From Chiloscyllium plagiosum (taxonomy: Eukaryota), in the NCBI RefSeq assembly GCF_004010195.1, contig NC_057720.1:9279164-9343163 (forward strand): 64,000 bases of DNA, written 5' to 3'. Made by a program: the position numbers and the translations under genes. Shown here piece after piece: positions 38,747 through 49,850 of the stretch. Under the pieces are notes generated by a model. The model saw only the letters and a program-made list of their open reading frames with translations. It made no database searches and had not been told where the DNA came from. Within the stretch, counting starts at the first letter, position 1; the number at the start of each line of letters is the position of its first letter.

Positions 38747-38965
38747 GGTGTGGAGGTGCTGGTGTTGGATTGGGGGTGGAGTCAGAAGTCACACAACACC
38801 AGGTTATAGTCCAGCAGGTTTATTTGAAAACACAAGCTTTTGGAGCGCTACTCCGTTGTCAGGTGAAGTCAACTCCACTTGCAGATGACTTTACCTGAAG
38901 AAGGAGTAGCTCTCCAAAAGCTTGTGATTTCAAATAGACCTGTCAAACTATAATCTGGTGTGTGA
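38747..38965. mobile_element. PLE family-2 inverted pLTR pair
   Basis: Arms at ~38786-38870 and 38887-38968; cores at 38834-38862 (-) and 38895-38923 (+); degenerate TSD cttaa(g/a)atc(c/t)at. Confidence 0.8.
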
Positions 38966-39066
38966 CTTAAAATCTATCTTGTTGACCAATTATTGACCAT
39001 CTGTCCAAACATCTGTCTGAGGCCCAATGTTTTATAATGGTCCTACATTGCCCCTTGGATGTTTAA

Positions 39067-39270
39067 GGAGAAAGTGAGGTCTGCAGATGCTGGAGATCAG
39101 AGCTGGAAATGTGTTGCTGGAAAAGCACAGCAGGTCAGGCAGCATCCAGGGAACAGGAGAATCGACGTTTCGGGCATAAGCCTGAAGAAGGGCTTATGCC
39201 CGAAACGTCGATTCTCCTGTTCCCTGGATGCTGTCTGACCTGCTGCGCTTTTCCAGCAACACATTTCCAA
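39067..39270. mobile_element. PLE family-1 hairpin insertion with 14-bp TSD
   Basis: 79-bp arms at 39104-39182 and 39191-39269 (2 mismatches); TSD ccttggatgtttaa at 39053-39066 and 39271-39284. Confidence 0.92.
39182..39209 (+). ncRNA. Minimal hammerhead-ribozyme-like motif
   Basis: CTGAAGA-A-GGGC-ttat-GCCC-GAAA-CG-TC. Confidence 0.65.
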
Positions 39271-39384
39271 CCTTGGATGTTTAATCCCATTAAAGGTGCT
39301 GTATAAATACAAGCACATTTAATGTCATCCATTTTAGCATTTTTACAATGGAATGACTTGATTGAAATAATCCCAGTACAAAAA

Positions 39385-40595
39385 CAGTAAGACATTGTCC
39401 TAGCTTGGACTCGGTGCCAAATAGCATTCAGGCCACACAAATGCCAGGCAATAGCCATCTCCAACCAGAGACAATCTAACCATTGTTGCTTGATACTCAA
39501 TGGTGTTACCATTAATTAATTCCCTACTATCAACATCCTGGGGCTACCATTGACTAGAAACTGAACTCGACTCACTATATAAACACAGCAGCAGCAAGGG
39601 TACATCAGAGGCTAGGATACTGCTGTGAGTAGCTCACCTCCTGTCTCCCCAGAGCCTGTCTGAGAGGGTACAAATCAAGAGTATGATTGAATATTTCTTA
39701 CTTGGCCAGGTGAATGTAACTCCAACAACATTCAAGAAACTTGACACCATCCAGGACAAAGCAGCCCACTTGACTGGTATCATATCCACAAGTATCCACT
39801 CCCTCCACCACCGATGACCAGTAGCAGCAGTGTGTACTCTCTACAAGATGCACTGCAGAAATTCACCAAAGATCCTCAGAAGGCATCTTCCAAACCCACG
39901 GCCACTTCCACCTAGAAGGACAAGGACAGCAGATACATGGGAACATCACCCCCTGCAAGTTTCCGCTCTAAGCCAGTCACGATCCTGACTTGGAAATTAT
40001 TATTGATCCTTCATTGTCACTGGGTCAAACTCTGTGAATTGTCTTTCTAATGGCGTTGTTGGTCTACCTACATTAAATAGACTGCAGCGATTCAAGAGGC
40101 AGCTCAAAGCCACCAGGGATGAGTAATACCCGGAGGGGAGTGGTATGGACAGTGGGCTGGAGGCCTGAGCAGAGTGGGGTGGCCTGCGTGTCCGGAGAGG
40201 AGAAGGGACAGGTGGTGGACTGGGGACAGTGTGGGTAGTCAGTGGCTTGTGAACCCAATCAGACCATGTAGAAGCCCCCTGCACTGACCTACTGCAGACC
40301 CTTAAGAGAAAGACTACAATATTTATCTTTTTAATTTGTGTACATATTTTTCTAACTTATACTATGATTGACTGTAAAGTAACATAACTAGTTTTTTTTT
40401 ATTTCTCTACTTTGTATTTGAGATTTGTACCCAGGTACTTTATGCCTAAGACAGTACTGTGTGGGGTGCCATTGTAAACTTTTCACTGTACTCCTGTACT
40501 TGAGTACACGTGACAATAAAACCTAAATGTTATTCTAATTCTAATAAATGGTGGCCCAGCTAGTGAAGCCCAGGTCCCATGATTGAATAAAATTA
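39385..40595 (+). mobile_element. Family X LINE 3' part, interrupted at 40128-40540
   Basis: FRPHKCQAIAISN, INILGATID, KKLDTIQDKAAHL and HSLHHR...AAVCTLYKMHC. Confidence 0.8.
40128..40540 (+). mobile_element. Non-coding element with a Rex1/Babar-type 3' tail
   Basis: G-rich 5' part; ends cttttcactgtac...tacacgtgacaataaa; taata on both sides. Confidence 0.55.
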
Positions 40596-40681
40596 AACTG
40601 TTGTAACACTTTTGTCCTTCCTCCACAGATTCTGAGTGTCCCCAGACATTTCCAGCATCTGTTGTACTTTGCTTCTTTTCT

Positions 40682-40990
40682 GCTTGGCAGCTCAGTAAGC
40701 GTGGCCAAGCCCTGGGGCCTGGGTTCGACTCCAGCCTCGAGCGACTGTCTGTGTGGTATTTGCACATTCTCCCCGTGTCTGCGTGGGTTTCCTCCGGGTG
40801 CTCCAGTTTCCGCCCACAATCCAAACGATGTGCAGGTCAGGTGAATTGACCATGCTAAAATTGCCCCCAGTGTTAGGTGCTTTAGTCAGGGGTGATATGT
40901 GCCTGAGTGGGTTACTCTTCGGAGGGTCGGTGTGGACTTGTTGGGCCGAAGGGCCTGTTTCCACACTGTAGGGAATCTAATCTAATCTAA
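40682..40990 (+). mobile_element. HE1-type SINE
   Basis: B-box gggttcgactcc, V-domain and (tctaa)n tail. Confidence 0.92.
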
Positions 40991-41904
40991 CCTTTATCCG
41001 TTGCTGGATGGATTGCAGTTTGGTCAGTAACACAAAATGGATGTATTAGAAATAAACGTTATGGGCCATTTGCCGACTCAGCTTCACTCAGAGTAAGACT
41101 CCCTCCACTGTGCAGAAAAGTCAAACGCTGATCCCTCAATCCACTGTTGCACTGCAAACAACAAATAATCCTAATATCCCTTTCCTTACAAGATTTCTAA
41201 GTCCTATTTCCTTGCTTACTTAAGGTGTTTTGAACTGTAACAGACAGATTTCAGTAATTTATCAATTTACTGTGAATTGTATAAATTTAAAAATAATTCT
41301 ACCCATCTATTTCTCATTTAAAAGCACTTCATCAGCCTTGAACTAATGTTAGAATTCATTCGCTGAATATTAATCTTCCCTTCATAAGTAGGATTATGCC
41401 TATTGATCTCCAAGGAGCAATAACTTATTTTGCTGTCTCCCTATTGTCTTCATTCATCAAAAGTGAGCAATGATTGGGAGCAGCACTCTGAATGATACAT
41501 CTGGACTGAGCAGGCTGGTGTTGCTTTTCCCCCTAACAACGAGACTGAGAGGTGACCCCATAAAGCTTTCAAAAATAACCGAGTTCTCATTTTCTTAAGC
41601 CATCCTCAGTACTCTAGCATCACTGACAAATTGTTTCCCCTCTCAACTTTCCATGAGAAACTAAGATCTTGAGATTTAGGAGCAGAATTAGACCATTCAG
41701 TCTGTGCTCCCATGGCTGATATTTTTCTCAACCCATTCTCCTGCTTTCTCCCCGTAACCCTTGATCCCTTTACCAATCAAGAACCTATCTATCTCGGTCT
41801 TAAATTGTCTTGGCCCCCACAGCCTTCTGTGGCAAAGAGTTCCACAGATTTACCAACGTCTGGCTAAAGAAATTCCTCTCCATCTCAGTTTTAAAGGGTC
41901 AACC

Positions 41905-42112
41905 CAACAACGTCAGCAAGGTGGACCTCGCAGAACGTGAGTTCCCCAATTGGGCCTGTCCAATCAGGGAGCCCTGGCTGACAAATAGAAACAGAAGCAT
42001 CAGACAGCATGGCTGGCTCTGAGGAAGCTGGACCAGTGTCAAGGACTCTCCAAATGTAACTAAAGGGTGACTTGATTATGAGTTACCGGCTTTCCTTCAG
42101 ATATACCTTTCA
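41905..42112 (+). mobile_element. Additional Gypsy-family LTR copy upstream of the 5' LTR
   Basis: Homologous to 42433-42666. It begins where the host CR1 tail (41665-41904, -) breaks off, and that CR1 resumes at 46623. Confidence 0.75.
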
Positions 42113-42530
42113 GTTCCACTATCATTGTCGTAAATTTTTAATAATAAATAAGTACGGCTTTTATACCTTAAAATATGTGGTTTTCAGACACATCTGGAAT
42201 AGAGTAACAACTTGGATTTATGTCAAGTCTTTAATTTGCTAAAATATCTGATTCTCTGGCAAAATGGCCAAATAGAGGAGGGAGATACAGAGAAGTATAG
42301 CACTTAGAGGAATTACTGACAAAATGACTGAGACTGGTTTCTCTGTCTCTGATTTTAGCAGAAAAGCAACTTCTCTCTCTGAGAACTGAATTGACACATA
42401 TTAAAATTGCAGAAAAATGATTCGTATAAAAATGAGATTGTAACAAGGTCAGCTAGGTGGACCTCCCAGGATATGAGTTCCCTAATTGGGCCTGTTAACC
42501 TGGTCCAATCAGAGAGCCCTGGCTGACAGA

Positions 42531-42547
42531 TATAAATAGGAGCGTCA
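42531..42547 (+). promoter_or_regulatory. LTR TATA-like box followed by the unoccupied insertion target
   Basis: TATAAATAGGAGCGTCA; CCAAT at ~42504 upstream and AATAAA at ~42617 downstream. Confidence 0.55.
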
Positions 42548-44800
42548 GACAGCCTGGTTGGCTTTGAGACCTGGCTCTGAGGTAGCTGAACCAGTGTCAA
42601 GGACTCTCCAAATATAAATAAAGGGTGACTTGGCAACGGGATACAGGCTGCTGTGGAGGTATTTCAGATATGATGGGAGGAAAGCACGGTCTTGTAGGAA
42701 TTCACTGTCAACAATCATCTTTCAGGTGGGGTCAGTATTTGTGGCATCATGCCATTATTGGGAATGCTTGACTTGTTCGATCCTGCAAATGACACTGGGA
42801 CGGATGAAAAGCAACGAGTAATTCTCACGTCAGCCTGTGGAACCATAGCTTTTTCTGTTATTAGGTGCTTAACTTTTCCTCATAACAAGAATTGAAACCT
42901 TTCTGGACCTGGCATACCAGGTCACAGTAGAGGATGACATTTTATTATGGGGAGCAAGAGTGATTGTCCCGAGCAAAGGTCACCGCCAGATACTGGCTGA
43001 ACTCCACCAGGGTCTTCCCTGGTGGGAAAATCACACAAAGTTATGTGTGATGGCTGGGATTGGGTGCAGACCTAGTCATGTTGGTGGGACAGTGCCCAGA
43101 GTGCCAACAAGGACAAAAATTACCGCTTGAAACTCACTGACATTCCTGAGAATGGCCAGGTAAACCTTGGATTCAGTTACATGTCAATTATGTAGGTCCT
43201 TCCATGGGCTCAATGCTCTTAGTCATTATGGACACCCCTTCAAACTGGTTTGACATGCACAGAATTCATTTGTCAAACGTACAAAAACTGGTCACTTAGC
43301 AGAGAATTTGAATATTCCCTAAAGTCAAATGGTATTCGACTTATAAGGACCGTTCCATATCATCCATCATCCAATCATCTGGCAGTGCAAACTTTGAAGG
43401 CAGGCTTAAAGAAACAGCCTACAGCTTTACTAGATACCAAACTGTTCCGGTTCCTGTTTGATTGTAGCATCACTCCCCTCATGCAATACTGTGATAGCTC
43501 CAGCAGAGTTGCTAATGGGGAGAAGACTCCGTATCAGGTTACGTCACACCTTCCCAGACCTTGGGGAGGGTGAAACAGCATCGGGAATATCAATTAAAAA
43601 CTGAAAAACATACAGATGCTTTAAATTGGATACAAATACAGAAATTGCTGGAGAAGTTCAATAGTCGAAAAGTGTGGTGCTGGAAAAGCACAGCAAGTCA
43701 GGCAGTATCCAAGCAGCAGGCAAGTCAACGTTTCACGCATGCGCCCTTCAAATTCCTAATGAAGCGCTTATGAGTGCAATGTCAACCTTCCTACTCCTCG
43801 GATGCTGCCTGACCGGCTGTGCTCTTCCAGCATCACATTCTTCGACTCTGATCTCCAACATCTGCAGTCCTCACTTTCTCGTAGGAAAAGCTCTAGGTCT
43901 GGCAGCAACTGTGGAGGGCAATCAGAGTGAAAGTTTTTGGACATTGTGTGACACATTGGCTCAGTGGTTAGCACTGTTGCCTCACAGTGCCAGGAACAGA
44001 GGTTTGATTCCAGTCTCTGGCAACTGTTCTCCCCATGTCTGCATGGGTTTCCTCTGGTTGCTCTGGTTTCCTCCTACAGTCCAAAGAGGTGCAGGTCAGG
44101 TGGATTGGCCAGGAAAATGCAGGGTTTTAGAGATACAGTAGAATGCCGAGTCTTTGTGGCATACTTTCGGAGGGTCCGTGTGGACTCATTGGGCTGATTG
44201 GCCTGTTTCCACACTGTAGGAATTCTATGACCCTTCCTTTGGATTGCCAATCCTGGACACAAGACCTTGCTAAACAAGAGAGACAGTTTACTTCAGGGGC
44301 CAGGTTTTGGTGCAGGAATCATGGGAATGGTCCCATCCAGTGATGTCTGATGGATCTGAATAAGGACATGAACCATAAGAAAGCAGCAAACTGCACAGTA
44401 GCAAAAACGTGCCCAGTTCCTCGACAGTTTCTCCAACTGCTCCACCTATTCCAAGAGGTTCATCCTCTCCGTCAACTGTTGAAGATACTTTGGAATCTGA
44501 GGTGGACATGGTGGGTGCCTCTATGCCTTTGCTGCCTGAAGAAGAGAATGTATTTCTTCCAAGAAGCTCCAAGTACAAGAGGCGAGTTACTGTGCATTAC
44601 ACACCGTCCGCAACTGAAACAGAGGAGAAAGAATCTGACACTGTGCTAAACACCCCAGGAAGAACTACCAAAAAAACCGAACCAGCCTACATCCTTGGAC
44701 TGAGGTGGGGGATGCAGTGATCGTAATGATGTCAACCCTGATTGGGAGAGTTAATCTGGTCCAATCTGAGCCCTCGCTGACAGATAAAAAGAGAATTGTT

Positions 44801-44970
44801 CACTGGCCACTCGGGTGTTTTCCTATCTTCCTGGTGGTGGAAATTGAATAAGGATTCGTGCACCTTGTGCCTCTCACTGTGTCTCACACCTGCACACACA
44901 CACCATGGGTGCTGGGGAAAAAATAAGCACTACCGCAGTTAGGCGGGAGTGTGGGGGTTAGAAAAAAAAA
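44801..44970 (+). mobile_element. Poly(A)-tailed element A, 5'-truncated; second copy at 45253-45425
   Basis: cactggccactcgggtgttttcctatcttcctggtggtggaaattgaataa...gtgtggggttag(A)n; homologous to the tail of 53677-53966. Confidence 0.8.
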
Positions 44971-45437
44971 GAGGGGTGTCAAACATCCTGTAAAAAAAAG
45001 AAAAAAAAGAACAGGAGTGTCAAAGTTCTGTTCACTCTGAGAGCTGGCTCTGAGGGAGCTGGATCAGCATTGAGGACTCTCCATGTGTAAATAAAGGGTG
45101 ACTTGAGGATGGGATACTGGCCACTCTGGAGTTACTTTAACTTTCTCATTAAATTTCAGATGCACTCACCAAGTCTGGGTCAACTATAGTATTAGCGTTT
45201 CTGTAAATAAAAAAAAAGAAAAAAGAAAGAAAAAAAAAAGAAGAGAATTGTTGATCACACAGCATTGCCCTTTTGTGAAGGGCACTGCTTGTCACTGGCC
45301 ACTCGGGTGTTTTCCTATCTTCCTGGTGGTGGAAATTGAATAAAGATTCGCACACCTTGTGTCTCTCACTGTGTCTCACATCTGCACACACACAACATAA
45401 AAAAGAAAAAAAATAGAAAAAAAAGAAGAGAATTGTT

Positions 45438-45632
45438 AGGGCAGCACAGTGGCACAATGGTTAGCACTATTGCCTCACAGCACCAGAGACCCAGGATCAA
45501 TTCCCGCCTCAGGCAACTGTCTGTGTGGAGTTTGCACATTCTCCCCATGTTTGCGTGGGTTTCCTCTGGGTACTCTGGTTTCCTCCCACAGTCCAAAAAT
45601 GTGCAGGTTAGGTGAATTGGCCATGCTATAAT
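45438..45632 (+). mobile_element. HE1-type SINE 5' part
   Basis: gggcagcacagtggcacaatggttagcact head and V-domain. Confidence 0.9.
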
Positions 45633-45713
45633 TGTACGTAGTTGTGATCATAGAAACCTGAAAGGATTCAGAAAAAGATTTACAAAGATTAAAAAAGAAC
45701 AGAATTGTCAGGG

Positions 45714-45840
45714 AGACAGTGAGATCTGCAGATGCTGGAAGTCAGAGTCGAGAGTGTGTTGCAGGGAAAAGCACTGTAGGTCAGGCAGCATCCGAGGAGC
45801 AGGAAAATCGACGTTTTGGGCCTGAGCCCTTCATCAGGAA
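45714..45840 (-). mobile_element. PLE pLTR fragment in the LTR; sister copy at 46374-46495
   Basis: Cores at 45810-45837 and 46470-46497; flanked by tgtcaggg and aggattgtcagg repeats. Confidence 0.85.
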
Positions 45841-45908
45841 TGTCAGGGGTTCTGTTCTCTCTGAGAGCTGGCTGTGAGGGAGCTGCATCAGTATGAGTGA
45901 AGGACTCT

Positions 45909-46360
45909 GCTCTTTTTCTTCCTGTATTAAAGAGGAGAGGAGACTGATTCTGTTGCTGTCTTCCCATTGAGGAGGAGGTTATCTTGAAGATTTTGTTTCT
46001 TCTTTATTGTTTATCGTAATTGTATTCTGGCTTTTTTTTTGCTTATTTGAAGCTGTGCTCAGCTGCACAGGCAGCTGCTATTATCACTGCTGCTGCTGCT
46101 ACAGCTTGGGCCTGCACCTACTACTGGAGCCTGGACCTCGCCTGCACCCTAGCACCGCTGCTGCAGCATGGGCCTACACTTGGGGCCTTCTCTGACTGCT
46201 GCTGCCTGGGCCTGCTCCCACTACTGCTGCCTGGGCCCCACCTGTACCCAAGCCTGCTTCCACTGCTGCTGCCTGGATCCCTGCTCCACTGCCGCTGCCT
46301 GGGCTGCACTTGCACCAAGGCCTACTAAGAAAAAAAAAGAAAAGAGAAAAGAGAAAAAAA
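45909..46360 (+). mobile_element. Poly(A)-tailed non-coding element C with (ctgctgcctgggcc)-rich body
   Basis: A-rich tail at 46327-46361 abuts the LTR target variant aggattgtca. Confidence 0.6.
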
Positions 46361-47374
46361 AAGGATTGTCAGGAGGACAGTGAGGTCTGCAGATGCTGGA
46401 GATCAGAGTTGAGAATGTGTTGCTGGTAAAGCACAGCAGGTCAGTCAGCATCCAAGAAGCAGGAAAATCAACGTTTCGGGCTGGAGCCCTTCATCAGGAT
46501 TGTCAGGGGTTCTGTTCACTCCAGAGCTGGCTGAGAGGGAGCTGGATCAATGTCAAGGACTCTCCATGTGTAAATAAAGGGTAGCTTGGTGACGGGATAC
46601 TGGCTTGTGTGGAGTTATTTCACACACTGAGGTTATGCCTAGTGGAAACATCTTCTCCACCTCCAACCTACCCAGGCCTCTCAGATGGTGGTGAAATGCT
46701 TTCTTGAAAGCCCCTGAGTGATTGATCGAGGCCAGTCTAGAAGGCACAGATTAATCAATCATGTTGCTTTGGATCTGAAGTCATACACAGGTCTGCCCAG
46801 GCTTGGATGGCAGATTTCCTTCATATGGATATGAGACAATAAGATCAGTTTTGACAATGATCATCATTGTTGAAAGTAACATTATGTCCCAGATTTATTC
46901 AATAACTAAAACTTCTATTTCCTGGCTACCATGGTAAGACTTGACTTCCTATCACTAAAACATTCATCACAGCCTCTGAGTTATTAGTTCAATAAACAAA
47001 AGTACCATATCATAATTTTTTATGCTGTAGGGCAAATAGAAACATAGAAACATAGAAATTAGGAACACATGTAGGCCACTCAACACTAGGAGCCTGCTCC
47101 ACCATTCAGTATGGTCCAACTCATACTCTGCTCCTTCTTTCCCCACACATCCTTTGATCTTTTTAGTCCTAAGAATAATATCTCCATATTTCTTGGAAGT
47201 CTTTGAAGTTTTGGACCTACTCTCTGGGTGAAGAAACTCCTCTTCATTCTGCCCTAAAATGCCTCCCCCATATCCCCCTCATTCTTCCATAGTAAATATA
47301 GTCTGGAGAAATCCAGTCTCTCCCAGTGTGTCAGTAATGCTATCCTAAGAAACTGTACCAACATCAACCACTTC

Positions 47375-47775
47375 CTTTGGCAGCTCATTTCATGCTCGCA
47401 CCAACCTCTGTGTGAAAATCTTGTCCCTCAGGTCCCTTTTAAATCTTTCCGCTCTGACTTAAACCTGAGCCCTCTAGTTTTGGACTCCCCTACCCTGGGG
47501 GAAAAAAAATACTTTATCTATGCATCTCGTAATTTTATAAGCCTCTGTAAGGTCACTCCTCAGCCTCTGACACCAGGGAAAAAAGTCCCAACTTATTTAG
47601 CCACTCAAATCCTCCAATCCTGGCAACAATCTTGTACATTTTTTTTCTGTACCTTTTCCAGTTTAACAACATCTTTCCCATAGCAGGGCGACCGGAATTG
47701 TACACAGTCTTCTAAAAATAATCTCCCCAATGGCTTGCAAAAGATGCCCTAACTCCTCTACTCAATGCTTTGACT
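47375..47775 (-). mobile_element. CR1 3' fragment, followed by a PLE family-2 fragment (47780-47895, core 47832-47861)
   Basis: CR1 C-terminal motifs on the minus strand; ctagctttttggagcgctgctttttcatcag. Confidence 0.8.
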
Positions 47776-47899
47776 GATGATGTTAAAAATCACACATCAG
47801 GTTATAGTTCGACAGGTTTATTTGGAAGCACTAGCTTTTTGGAGCGCTGCTTTTTCATCAGGTAGCTGTGGAGCAGGATCATAAGGCACAGATTCAGAC

Positions 47900-48300
47900 A
47901 TTCAATCCCTCCACCACTGGTGCTCAGTAGCAGCAGTGTGTACTATTTACAAGATGCACTGCAGAAATTCACCAAAAATCCTTAGACAGCACCTTCCAAT
48001 CCCATGACCACTTCCATCTAGAAGGACAAGGGAAGCATGTACTTGGGAAAACCATCAACTGCAAGCTCCCCTCCAAGCTATTCACCACCCTGACTTGGAA
48101 ATATACTGCCATTCTTTCACAGTCGTTGGGTCAAAATCCTGGAAATCCCTTCTACCAGCATTGCAGGTCAACCCACAGCAAATGGACTGCAGCGATTCAA
48201 GAAGGCAGCTCACTACCACCTTCTCAAGGGGCAAATAGGGCTGGGCTATCAATGCTGGCCCAGCCAGTGACACCCAAGTCCCACAAATGAATAAAACAAA
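47900..48300 (+). mobile_element. Family X LINE 3' end
   Basis: AAVCTIYKMHCRNSPK...; tail cccacaaatgaataaaa. Confidence 0.8.
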
Positions 48301-49579
48301 CACCAACTTTATAGCAGAAGAACAGACTCAAATCTGATATTAGATATTGCAAAGTTGCAAGTTTTGCAGAACATTTCATTTCTTTGTCCTGCCAGGAGGA
48401 CCCCTTGGTACCAGTGAGGTGATCATCACAAGCAAAAAGCAATCCTCAAATTGCATAAAGAAGCAGCCAACATGTCTGCACCGCCAAGAGTACAGTCACG
48501 AGAACAACTAAAAACATCCAAGTTAATCAACTGGTTGAAGTGAACAGTATCCACACTTTGGCACAGATTTCCCAGCATATTGGAACTAAAAACTTAATCA
48601 CTTGATTCAAGGTTTGGTGCAAAAACTCCATGGAAACCAACACTGCAAGGGAATGACTGATGTCCAGAGATTCAGAACACAGTCAAGGGGAAATCATTTG
48701 GTTCAAAGATCCAGGATACGGCCAAACAAAAGTCCCTATTTCAGCCGGCAGCTGTGCCCTGCGAAGAAAATGCATGAGATTGAAGGGCTTTCTGAGTTTG
48801 TAATGGAGCGTTTGCCCAGTTCAGCAGGAAACCTGACCTTACCAAAGGAAGTCCAAGAGATGAAAGGTCCTGCAGTTCAAAGAACTTTCAGAAGTCAAAC
48901 TGTGAAGAACAGTTTCAATGTCAACAATTTTCAATTCGCTCCAAAGAGAATGGGTTCTGGAATAATTGTGACTGTCTGAAAAGGCTTGGGGAATGTGGGG
49001 CTGTGGTGAGTGTAATGTACAAATTTATAACAATGACAATGGGCAGAAAAGCTTGGGGAAGGTGTTCCGTAAGAGTTTAAGGGTCTGAGTTGATAAATGT
49101 TAAGGTGTTCGAAAAGCAACACACAATATGGTGACATCATATAGTCTTGGCTGAGTGGCTATCTCATTCTTAAAGGAGAAAGACCCAATAGCGACGTCAT
49201 TCTGACAGTCTCAATCAAAATGTCTAACATACCAATGTGACCTGGACTTAGTTGGTATCTTACAATAATTGACATCTTGCTGAAGACAAGAGCCTCTTCC
49301 CAACAAGACTCAATCTCTCCAAACTCGACATAATTATGCTGTTCTGAATATACGAACAGTCCCACTAAGCAAACCCCCTTAAAACACAGTTTTAAAAAAG
49401 GAACAGATGCTTACAGATTGAAGTTAGAAGGGCAGAAAGAGAGGGAGTCTGTTCACACAGTCCATTGCTGAACTCCCAACTAGCTCTGGACTGAACGGCT
49501 CCACTAGAGAGCTGACCACTCCCCTTTCATTATGCAGGTTACTTCTAAAACATGACCACATTGGCCTGAAGTCTCATCT

Positions 49580-49850
49580 GATTAGATTACCTACAGTGTG
49601 GAAACAGGCCCTTCAGCCCAACTCGTCCACACCTACCCTCTGAAGAGTAACCCACCCAAACCCATTCCCCCTAACTAATGTACATAACTCGACGGGCAAC
49701 TTAGCATGACCAATTCATCGAACCTGCATATCATTGGACTGCGGGAGGAAACTGGAGCACCCGGACGAAAACCCTGCAGACATGGGGAGAATGTGCAAAC
49801 TCCACACAGACAGTCACCTGAGGCTGAAATCCAATCTGGGTCCCTGGTGG
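49580..49850 (-). mobile_element. HE1-type SINE
   Basis: V-domain and tail on the minus strand. Confidence 0.88.

Larger units (their letters stand above)
42433..46622 (+). mobile_element. Decayed Gypsy/Ty3 LTR retrotransposon: 5' LTR 42433-42666, gag remnant, integrase remnant ~42930-43560, PPT 44702-44712, expanded 3' LTR 44713-46622
   Basis: MPLLGMLDLFDP gag start; ILLWGARVIVPSKGHRQILAELHQG, QCPECQ, WPGKPWIQLHVNYVGP and NGIRLIRTVPYHPSSN. Carries a PLE inverted pair (43663-43880) and an HE1 (43948-44230). Confidence 0.88.

Noticed and set aside
46007..46383. Ala/Cys/Leu-rich ORFs
   Set aside because: They are by-products of CTG-rich repeats in element C.
48602..48979. 125-aa ORF in unique sequence
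   Set aside because: It has a non-ATG start, no domain resemblance and no splice support.
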